Shown: piece by piece, positions 10,524 to 18,388 of the stretch
Layout of the letters: each line of letters starts with the position of its first letter
Position numbering within the stretch: position 1 is the stretch's first letter
Assembly: GCA_046754285.1 (NCBI GenBank)
Contig: JBHHVJ010000010.1
Span: forward strand, 15,317-79,316
Length of the DNA stretch: 64,000 bases
Direction of reading: 5' to 3'
Source: Myxococcota bacterium
Lineage (GTDB): Bacteria > Myxococcota_A > UBA9160 > SZUA-336
The notes under the pieces: model-generated
The model's database searches: none
Told to the model about the DNA's origin: nothing
The model's input: only the letters and a program-made list of their open reading frames with translations
Made by a program: the position numbers and the translations under genes

Positions 10524-12122
10524 TCAGCCCGAGAGCGGATCGACCAGCACGCCCGGGTTCAAGATCCCCGTGGGGTCGAGCGTGCGCTTGACCGCGGCCA
10601 GCGCGCGTGCAAAGGCCGCAGGTCGCTGGCGGTCGTACCAAAGACGGTGATCGCGTCCGACCGCGTGATGGTGCGTGATCGTGCCCCCGAGCTCGAGCAC
10701 CGCGTCGGACGCGACCCGCTTCAGCTCGGCCCACTGCTCGAGCTCACCCCCCCGTCGCGCCGGCGCGAGCATCGTGAAGTAGGGCGCAGGACCGTCCGGA
10801 TAGACGTGCGTGAAGCGGCAGGTCAGCGTGCCCCCGCCGCAGACACGGCGCAGTGCGTCTCCCACGGCACTCATCACGCCTTGGTGCAGGGCCTCGAAGC
10901 GATCCCAGGTGACGGCCGTCTCGAACGTATCGCTGAGCACGCCGATCGAGATCAGCACGTCGCGCAGGTAGGGGGCCGCGAGGAACGCGCTCCGCCAGGC
11001 GCCCGCGTGCCCCTCGCGTCCCTCGCCCGGAGCCCGCTCGGAGGTACGGCCCCCGTGATCACGGCAGAGCTCCAGGGCACGCGCCAGCCAGGCATCGACA
11101 GGATGATCGGCCGACTCGAAGGCCACGAGCAGGATCGCCTCCTTGCCCGAGGCACCGGCCTGGCTCTCCGCCTCGAGCGGATCGAGCAATCGACAGTTCG
11201 CGGGCTCCAGCCCCGACTGAGAGAGCGCGCGCGTGGCCTGCACGGCCTGCTCGAAGCTCGGAAAAGCGACGCTGGCTCCGAGACGGTGCGAGGGACGATC
11301 CTGCAGCCGCATCCAGGCCTCGCTGATGATCCCCAGAATGCCCTCCGAGCCGATGAAGAGGCGGTCGGGACTCGGCCCCGCGCCCGAGCCCGGCAGGCGC
11401 CGCGTCTCGATCGGGCCGCTCGGCGTGATTACGCGGAGCGACTCGACGAAGTCGTCGATGTGCGTGTAGCGCGTCGCGAAGTGGCCACCCGAGCGAGTCG
11501 CGATCCAGCCGCCCAACGTCGAGAACTCGAAGGACTGCGGAAAATGTCGCAGCGTCAGTCCGTGCGGCCGCAGCTGCACCTCGAGCACCGGGCCGAGCGC
11601 TCCTCCCTGGATGCGCGCGGCGCGGGAGCTGCGGTCGATCTCGAGCACGCGGTCGAGGCGCGTGAGATCGATCGACACCGCACCCCGATACGCGTCCTCC
11701 GCCGGGCACTCCACACCGCCGACCACGCTGGAGCCCCCACCGAAGGGGATCGCCGCGAGATCCTCGGAGCCACACCAGTCGAGGACCTGGACCAGCTCGC
11801 CTTCGTCGCGTGGAAACGCCACCCAGTCCGGTGGGTTCCGAAACTCGCGCCGAAAGGCCCGCACGACGTCGCGATACGCCGCTCCGTAGCAGTGCCGGGC
11901 GCGCTCGTGCGGCTCGTCGCTCAGAAACGCGGACAAGCCCGCGGGGGGTCGGACGCGGGGGGCCCGGAGCTCGATCTCCTCGATCCGTGGGGCGGACTCG
12001 ACGGTGAGCTCCTCGACTCCGAAGCGAGCGGCCAGGGCCCGCGCGATTCCCTGCGCCGCATCCGGTCCGGGGCCTTCCCCCTCGTATCCCCAGCCCCAGA
12101 ACTTGAGCCTCCGCGAAGCCAT
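10524..12122 (-). CDS. FAD-binding oxidoreductase, alkyl-dihydroxyacetonephosphate synthase-like (VAO/PCMH family)
   Basis: PFGGGSSVVGG, HFPQSFEFSTLGGWIATR, GSEGILGII, THVYPDG..PYFT, HHHAVG. Confidence 0.82.
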   Translation of the reverse strand: MASRRLKFWGWGYEGEGPGPDAAQGIARALAARFGVEELTVESAPRIEEIELRAPRVRPPAGLSAFLSDEPHERARHCYGAAYRDVVRAFRREFRNPPDWVAFPRDEGELVQVLDWCGSEDLAAIPFGGGSSVVGGVECPAEDAYRGAVSIDLTRLDRVLEIDRSSRAARIQGGALGPVLEVQLRPHGLTLRHFPQSFEFSTLGGWIATRSGGHFATRYTHIDDFVESLRVITPSGPIETRRLPGSGAGPSPDRLFIGSEGILGIISEAWMRLQDRPSHRLGASVAFPSFEQAVQATRALSQSGLEPANCRLLDPLEAESQAGASGKEAILLVAFESADHPVDAWLARALELCRDHGGRTSERAPGEGREGHAGAWRSAFLAAPYLRDVLISIGVLSDTFETAVTWDRFEALHQGVMSAVGDALRRVCGGGTLTCRFTHVYPDGPAPYFTMLAPARRGGELEQWAELKRVASDAVLELGGTITHHHAVGRDHRLWYDRQRPAAFARALAAVKRTLDPTGILNPGVLVDPLSG

Positions 12123-12190
12123 GCCCGCGCATTATGGGCGATCCGCGCGGCCGGTGCGTCGCTGCGGGCGGGCGGCTACGATGCGGGGGC

Positions 12191-12970
12191 ATGGGGGTCC
12201 CCCGTGCTGCCAACACCGCGTTCCGGACGCTGCTCTGCGTGAGCGTGCTGCCGCTGGCGGTGATCGCTCACAGCCTCTGGGCCCTGGGCCTCGCGCTACG
12301 CGGACGTCCACGCCCCGAGATCGATCGCGTCTACGTCCATTTCGCTCACTTCTGCGTGAGGCTGGCCGGGACCGAGATCGAGGCCCGAGGCCTCGAGCAC
12401 GTCAAGCCCGCGCAGGCATACGTGATCGTCCCCAACCACGAGAGCAACTGGGATCCGATCGTCCTGCTGGCCACCCTGGAGGGGCTCTCGATCCGCTTCG
12501 TCGTCAAACGGGAGCTGCTGCGCCTGCCGGTGTTCGGAGCCGCCCTGCTTCGCACGGGCAACGTGCGCGTCGACCGCAATGCGCCCGCGGCCGACGTCCA
12601 GCGCATTAAGACGACGATGAGCGCACGAGACCCGGCCGTCTCGATCCTCTTCTACGCCCAGGGGACGCGCTCACGCGATGGCAGCTTTCGGCCCTTCAAG
12701 AAGGGCGCCTTCGCAACCGCCATCCGGGAGGGGCTCCCGGTACTGCCGGTCGCCACGGCCGGCACCTACGGGATCTGGAGGCCCCACTCCGCCGTCTTCC
12801 GGCGCGGAGCCGTCGTGCTCGAGATCGGTCCTGCGATCCCGGTCAACGGGCTCACTCTGGAGGATCGCGAGAAGCTGCGGGCGCAGGTCGAGCAGGAGGT
12901 CCGGACGCTCCGGGCGCGGGCTCGCGCCCGCCTGCGTGAGCGGGGTCACGATCCGGGCGGGATCGACTGA
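12191..12970 (+). CDS. Lysophospholipid acyltransferase (PlsC family)
   Basis: NHESNWD (HX4D), FVVKREL, FYAQGTRS variant of FPEGTRS, FKKGAF. Confidence 0.85.
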   Translation: MGVPRAANTAFRTLLCVSVLPLAVIAHSLWALGLALRGRPRPEIDRVYVHFAHFCVRLAGTEIEARGLEHVKPAQAYVIVPNHESNWDPIVLLATLEGLSIRFVVKRELLRLPVFGAALLRTGNVRVDRNAPAADVQRIKTTMSARDPAVSILFYAQGTRSRDGSFRPFKKGAFATAIREGLPVLPVATAGTYGIWRPHSAVFRRGAVVLEIGPAIPVNGLTLEDREKLRAQVEQEVRTLRARARARLRERGHDPGGID

Positions 12971-12982
12971 CGCTGGGGTAAG

Positions 12983-13855
12983 ATGCCGCGCATGTCGGCG
13001 GACCTCGAACGGGTACGGGGCGTGGAGGGCATCGAGCTCGCCCTGCACCGTTGGAGTCACGGGGGCGTGGCCCTGCTCTTTCTCCACGGCTACGACAATG
13101 ACTCCCACGTGTGGGATGCGTTTACACCCGATCTCGCGCCGCACTACCAGACGCTCGCACTGGATCACCGCGGTCACGGCCGGTCCGCCTGGGATCCGCG
13201 GGCACGTTACGACCCGGAGACCCTCGCCCACGACGTGGAGGCGGTGCTCGCCCATCTCGGACTCGAGCGGGTGGTTCTCGTCGGGCACTCGCTCGGGGGT
13301 CGGGTGGCGCTGCACTTCGCACGGCGCGCGGCTCAGCGGCTGGCAGGGCTCGTGCTCGTGGACGTGGGTCCGGAGCTCGACCTCCGGGGCGTCCAACGCA
13401 TTCGCATGGATCGCGAGACCGTGGAGCCGAGCTTTGCCTCCTTGGACGAGTTCGAGGGTGTGCTGAGTGTGCGCTACCCCGCGACGAATCGCGACACGCT
13501 CGCACGGCTCGCTCGCCACTGGCTACGCCGGCGGGACGACGGTCGCTACGAGACGCGCACGGACCCGGCTTTCGGTGGCACGAGGGCGGGAAGATCCGAG
13601 TCGGCGACGCGGGCCTGGAGCGAGGCTCAGGCCAAGATCCTGTGGGAGACGCTGGGGCGGATCCCCTGCCCCAGCCTCGTCGTGCGCGGCGCCGCCTCCG
13701 ACATCCTCGATCCCGACGTGGCCGAGCGCATGGCTGAGGAGGTGCTTCCGGACGGGCGGCTGGCCGTGATTCCTCGGGCGGGTCACTCGGTGATGCTCGA
13801 CAACCCCGAAGCCTTCCGCGAGGTCCTCTCGGGATTCGTGCTCGGCGACGGCTGA
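12983..13855 (+). CDS. Alpha/beta fold hydrolase
   Basis: LHGY, D.RGHGRS, GHSLGG nucleophile, AGHSV catalytic His. Confidence 0.88.
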   Translation: MPRMSADLERVRGVEGIELALHRWSHGGVALLFLHGYDNDSHVWDAFTPDLAPHYQTLALDHRGHGRSAWDPRARYDPETLAHDVEAVLAHLGLERVVLVGHSLGGRVALHFARRAAQRLAGLVLVDVGPELDLRGVQRIRMDRETVEPSFASLDEFEGVLSVRYPATNRDTLARLARHWLRRRDDGRYETRTDPAFGGTRAGRSESATRAWSEAQAKILWETLGRIPCPSLVVRGAASDILDPDVAERMAEEVLPDGRLAVIPRAGHSVMLDNPEAFREVLSGFVLGDG

Positions 13856-13893
13856 GGCTGGCAGCGGAGCGACCACCGGGCCAGCTTCTGGGC

Positions 13894-14526
13894 ATGCCTC
13901 GGCTCGATGAGGGGTTCTTCGCTCGCCCGTGTCTCGAGGTGGCGCGCGACCTGCTGGGCTGCCTGCTCATTCACCACGTGCCGGAGGCGGAACCGCGCAT
14001 CGGGCGCATCGTGGAGGCTGAGGCTTACCTCGGCGAGGGGAAGGACGCGGCATCACACGCCCACCGTGGCCCGACCCGGCGCAACCGCGCCATGTTCGGG
14101 CCACCGGGGCGCTTCTATGTGTACCTGAGCATGGGTCTCCACGTCTGCGCAAACGTGGTCTGCGAGGCCGAGGGTCGCGGCGCAGCGGTGCTGCTCCGCG
14201 CCGTCGAGCCCCTGGAGGGTCTGGAGGGGATGCGTGACGCGCGGGGGGGACGGGACGGCGTCGAGCTGACCAACGGTCCGGGAAAGCTCTCGCAGGCGTT
14301 CGGGATCACGCTCGATCACTACGGGTGCTCGGCACTCACAGGGACCCTTCGCATCGAGCCGCCGCGCACGCACACGCCCCTTCCGATCCTCCGTAGCGCG
14401 CGGATCGGTCTCAGCCGGGCCACCGACAAGCCCTACCGATTCTTCGTGGCGGAGAACCGCTACGTCTCCCGCTCGCCGCTCAACCAGCGCGCGCGGCGGA
14501 TCCGAGCGGCGGGCCCAGGGCTTTGA
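13894..14526 (+). CDS. mpg: DNA-3-methyladenine glycosylase (AAG/MPG family)
   Basis: GRIVEAEAYLG, MFGPPG.FYVY, AVLLRAVEP, NGPGKL, RIGL. Confidence 0.92.
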   Translation: MPRLDEGFFARPCLEVARDLLGCLLIHHVPEAEPRIGRIVEAEAYLGEGKDAASHAHRGPTRRNRAMFGPPGRFYVYLSMGLHVCANVVCEAEGRGAAVLLRAVEPLEGLEGMRDARGGRDGVELTNGPGKLSQAFGITLDHYGCSALTGTLRIEPPRTHTPLPILRSARIGLSRATDKPYRFFVAENRYVSRSPLNQRARRIRAAGPGL

Positions 14527-14545
14527 TCCTATCCTTGGCAGGCCG

Positions 14546-15592
14546 ATGAGTCGCCCCGCGCCTCTGACCCCACGCGATCGTGTGCTCCGGGCCTGCCGCG
14601 GACAGTCCACGGATCGGGCACCCGTCTGGCTGATGCGACAGGCGGGGCGCTACCTGCCCGAGTATCGCAAGATCAAGGAGCGGGCGAGCTTTCTCGAGAT
14701 GTGTCGCGACGCCGAGCTGGCGTTCGAGATCTCCCTCCAGCCTTTCCGGCGCTTCCGCATGGATGCCGTGATCGTCTTCTCCGACATTCTTCTCCCCCTC
14801 GCCGAGCTCGATCTCGGGCTCCACTACGCACCAGGGCCACGCATCGAGCATCCCGTCCGCGATGGGGACGATCTCGCCCGGCTCGAGGGAGACGTCGCCT
14901 CGGCCCTGCGCCCCACCTGCGAGGCCATCCGCGCGCTGCGGGAGGAGCTCGGCGATGAAGCGGCCGTGATCGGCTTTGCGGGTGCTCCGTGGACCCTGGC
15001 CGCCTATGTCTCCGAGCCCCAGCTCTCGCGCGATCTGGGTGGGCTTGCCGGCTTGACCTATCGGGACCCGGAGCTGGTGGACGCGCTGTTGGAGCGGATG
15101 TCCCGCATCACGGCCGAGACGCTGCGCCTGCAGGTGGAGGCTGGGGCGGACGTGGTGCAGATCTTCGACACCTGGGCGGGCATGCTCTCGCGCGAGCGCT
15201 TCGTCCGCTTTGCGGGCGCCGCGCTGCGCCGCGTGCTCCGAGCGCTGGACCGGGACGGGCCTCCACGGATTCTCTTCGCACGCGGCGCCAGTCACCTCGT
15301 CGAGGAGCTTGCGGATCTCGAACCCGACGTCGTCTCGCTCGACTGGCGGGTGGAGCTCGAGGAGGCGGTCCAGGGGATCGGGCAGCGCGTCGCGCTGCAG
15401 GGCAACCTCGATCCGGCCGCTCTGATGGCGCCGCCGCCCGAGATCACCCGCCGGGTGGAACGCATCTGCAAGGCGGGCCGCCTGGGGCGCGGCCACATCC
15501 TGAACCTGGGCCACGGCGTGCTGCCCACCACGCCGATCGAGGGGGTCGAGAGCTTCGTCGAGGCGGCGAGGCAGGCGGAGAGCTCCCTGTGA
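14546..15592 (+). CDS. hemE: Uroporphyrinogen decarboxylase
   Basis: PVWLMRQAGRYLPEY, FSDIL, IGFAGAPWTLA.Y, QGNLDP, NLGHGV. Confidence 0.95.
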   Translation: MSRPAPLTPRDRVLRACRGQSTDRAPVWLMRQAGRYLPEYRKIKERASFLEMCRDAELAFEISLQPFRRFRMDAVIVFSDILLPLAELDLGLHYAPGPRIEHPVRDGDDLARLEGDVASALRPTCEAIRALREELGDEAAVIGFAGAPWTLAAYVSEPQLSRDLGGLAGLTYRDPELVDALLERMSRITAETLRLQVEAGADVVQIFDTWAGMLSRERFVRFAGAALRRVLRALDRDGPPRILFARGASHLVEELADLEPDVVSLDWRVELEEAVQGIGQRVALQGNLDPAALMAPPPEITRRVERICKAGRLGRGHILNLGHGVLPTTPIEGVESFVEAARQAESSL

Positions 15593-16992
15593 GCACCGCC
15601 GGAGGGATCGCCGGCGAGCTCCCAGACCTCGAGCAGGCTCGACGCCTGATCGCCAAGTACGACCGCCCGGGGCCTCGCTACACCAGCTACCCCACGGCCC
15701 CGGTGTTCAGCGAGAACTTTGGCGAGAAGGAGTTCCGCGCCGCGCTCAGGCGCGCCCGCGACCGGGAGCTGTCGCTCTACATCCACATCCCATTCTGCGA
15801 GCGGCTCTGCACCTACTGCGCCTGCAACCGCACGATCACCCAGGACCACTCGCGCGGCGACGAGTATCTGGACGGCATCGAGCTCGAAGCCGAGCGTCTC
15901 GCGCAGGCGATCGGAGGGGAGCGGCGCTCGATCCAGCTCGCCGTGGGCGGTGGCACGCCGACGTTTCTCTCGGCGGATCAGCTCGATCGGATGTGTCGGA
16001 TCCTCGATGCCCGCTTTCCTCCCTTCCGCGGTGCGGAGCGAAGCGTCGAGGTGGACCCCCGCGTGACCACGCGGGGGCAGCTCGCGGTGCTGGCCGAGCA
16101 CGGCTTCAACCGGGTCAGCCTGGGTGTGCAGGACTTCTCGCCCAAGGTGCAGCGCGCCGTCAACCGCGTGCAATCCGTGGAGGAGACCGAGAGACTGACC
16201 CAGGACGCGCGCGAGCTCGGCTATCAGAGCGTGAACTTCGACCTGATCTACGGGCTGCCCTTTCAGACGATCGACTCATTCAACCGGACGCTCGATGAGG
16301 TCCTGCGCATCCGACCCGATCGCATCGCCTTCTTCAGCTACGCGCATGTCACCTGGATCCAGAAGTCGCAGCGCGGCTTTGAGAACAAGGACCTGCCACC
16401 CGCCGAGCGGAAGATCGCCATTATGCTTTATGCGAGCCAGCGCTTTCTGGACGCGGGCTACGTCTTCCTGGGGCTCGACCACTTCGCCCGTCCCGACGAC
16501 GAGCTCTGCCGTGCCGCCACCGCGGGCGGCCTGCGCCGAAACTTCAACGGCTACACGACGCAGGCCGGTGTGGATCTGGTCGCGTTGGGTGCCAGCGCGA
16601 TCTCGGAGCTCGCGGACGCCTACGCACAGTCGGAGCGCGACCCGGAGCGCTGGGCCGAACGCCTCCGGGCCGGAGGACTGGCCACGCTGCGCGGCTGGCA
16701 GCTGTCCGACGACGATCTCAAACGAAAGTGGTTGATTCAGCGACTGATGTGCCAGGGCGAGATCAGCCCGGAGAGCTACCTCGAGTGCTTCGGCGAGGCG
16801 CTCGAGGGGCGCATTCCGGATCTGGGGCCGCGGCTGGCGCCGTTTGCCGAGGACGGTCTGCTGGAGAAGGAAGGCGACGGCTTCCGTGTCACGCCGCTGG
16901 GTCGGCTCTTCCTGCGCGTGATCGCGATGAGCTTCGACGCCTATCTCTCCGAGACCGACGACTCTCGCCCGATGTACTCGAGGACTGTTTGA
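15589..16992 (+). CDS. hemN: Oxygen-independent coproporphyrinogen III dehydrogenase (radical SAM)
   Basis: GPRYTSYPTA, YIHIPFC...CTYCAC (CX3CX2C), GGGTPT, RNFNGYTT; GTGA overlap with hemE. Confidence 0.93.
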   Translation: MSTAGGIAGELPDLEQARRLIAKYDRPGPRYTSYPTAPVFSENFGEKEFRAALRRARDRELSLYIHIPFCERLCTYCACNRTITQDHSRGDEYLDGIELEAERLAQAIGGERRSIQLAVGGGTPTFLSADQLDRMCRILDARFPPFRGAERSVEVDPRVTTRGQLAVLAEHGFNRVSLGVQDFSPKVQRAVNRVQSVEETERLTQDARELGYQSVNFDLIYGLPFQTIDSFNRTLDEVLRIRPDRIAFFSYAHVTWIQKSQRGFENKDLPPAERKIAIMLYASQRFLDAGYVFLGLDHFARPDDELCRAATAGGLRRNFNGYTTQAGVDLVALGASAISELADAYAQSERDPERWAERLRAGGLATLRGWQLSDDDLKRKWLIQRLMCQGEISPESYLECFGEALEGRIPDLGPRLAPFAEDGLLEKEGDGFRVTPLGRLFLRVIAMSFDAYLSETDDSRPMYSRTV

Positions 16993-18308
16993 GCGAGGTC
17001 GAGATTGCCGTCGTGGGCGGCGGTATCGCGGGCCTCTCCTGCGCGACCGAGCTCGCGGCGCACGGCTCGGAGCTGGTAGTGCTCGAGGCCGAGCGGCGCG
17101 TCGGAGGCCCGGCCGAGACCCGGCGCATGGACAAGTTCCTGCTCGAGCGGGGTCCGAACACGGTCCGCAGCTCCCCGGAGCTCGAGGATCTGATCGAGCA
17201 CGCCGGCCTGAGTCTCCTGCGAGCGCGGCGTGGCGCTCCCTTCCTGGTCTCAGACGGTCGGCTGATCCGCCTCCCGCCCTCTCCTCGCGAGCTGCTTCGC
17301 GGCATCCCGCTGCCGTCCCGCGGCTGGCTGGAGCTTCTCGGTGAGCCCTTTCGCCCGCGCCACCGCCCGCCCACGACGGTGCGCGCCTTCGTCGAGACCC
17401 GGCTCGGCCCCACTGTCGCCGAGCACCTCGCCGATCTGCTCACGTTGGGCGTCTACGGTGCGTCGGCCGACCGGATCGGCTTCGAGTCCGCATACCCAGA
17501 GCTCGCCCGAAGGCTGGAGCGACACGGGAGCTTGCTGCGTACCGCGTTGACCGGCCGACGGCCGCGAGGGGCCGCACGCAGCGCTCGGGGACTGATCTCG
17601 ACGCCGGCGGGCCTCGCGGCCCTGCCCGAGCGCCTGGCCGAGCGCCTCGGTTCCCAGGTTCGTCTGCGCACGCCGGTTCGCAGCGTCCGGCGGGGCCACG
17701 GGGTCTTCGAGCTGCTCGCCGGAGAGTCCGGCGAGGAGAAGCTGAGCGCTCGTCGCGTCGTGCTCGCCGTGCCGCCACACCAGGCCGCGAAGCTGCTGGC
17801 GGGCACCCCAGCTGCGCGCCCGCTCTCGCGCTACCGATCCACACCCCAGACCCTGGCGAGCTTCGCGATCGAGGAGGCCACCTGCGTGGAGCGCTGGGCA
17901 GGCTTCGGGTTCCTGGCACCTTCGCGCGAGGGCCTACCGCTCCTCGGCGGCCTCTTTCCCAGCTTCCTCTTTCCCGGGCGAGCCCCCCGAGACACGCTGC
18001 TCGTCGTGGTCTTCGTGGGGCCGGCGCTCGTGGACGAGACGGACGCCACACTCGCGAGTGAGCTCGGTGCCCTGCTGCAGCGCCTGCTTCGCTCGACGCA
18101 GGCGCCGATCCTGCTCGACGTCGCACGTCATCCACAAGGCATCGTGCTCTACGACAGACGCCATCGGGATCGGACGCGGATCGCGCGCCGCGAGCTGGAG
18201 GCGATCGGGGGACTCCAGCTTGCGGGCGCCGCCTACGACGGCGTGGGCTTTGGCAAGGCGGCCGCCTCCGGGCGCGCAGCCGCACGCACCCTGCTCGAGC
18301 TCGGCTGA
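16989..18308 (+). CDS. hemY: Protoporphyrinogen/coproporphyrinogen oxidase, HemY type
   Basis: TTG start overlapping the hemN stop; VVGGGIAGL FAD motif, ERGPNT, GFGFL, C-terminal AGAAY.GVG. Confidence 0.85.
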   Translation: MSEVEIAVVGGGIAGLSCATELAAHGSELVVLEAERRVGGPAETRRMDKFLLERGPNTVRSSPELEDLIEHAGLSLLRARRGAPFLVSDGRLIRLPPSPRELLRGIPLPSRGWLELLGEPFRPRHRPPTTVRAFVETRLGPTVAEHLADLLTLGVYGASADRIGFESAYPELARRLERHGSLLRTALTGRRPRGAARSARGLISTPAGLAALPERLAERLGSQVRLRTPVRSVRRGHGVFELLAGESGEEKLSARRVVLAVPPHQAAKLLAGTPAARPLSRYRSTPQTLASFAIEEATCVERWAGFGFLAPSREGLPLLGGLFPSFLFPGRAPRDTLLVVVFVGPALVDETDATLASELGALLQRLLRSTQAPILLDVARHPQGIVLYDRRHRDRTRIARRELEAIGGLQLAGAAYDGVGFGKAAASGRAAARTLLELG

Positions 18309-18388
18309 GCCGGGAGCGGAGCCAGGGCCGGCTTCCGTTCGTTCCCGGCCGCCCTCGTGCGCTTCCCGCGAGCCGAGCCCGGCTCGGA

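Noticed and set aside
18309-18352. GC-rich imperfect hairpin between hemY and the hybrid kinase as a terminator
   Set aside because: The stem is bulged and there is no U-tract on either strand
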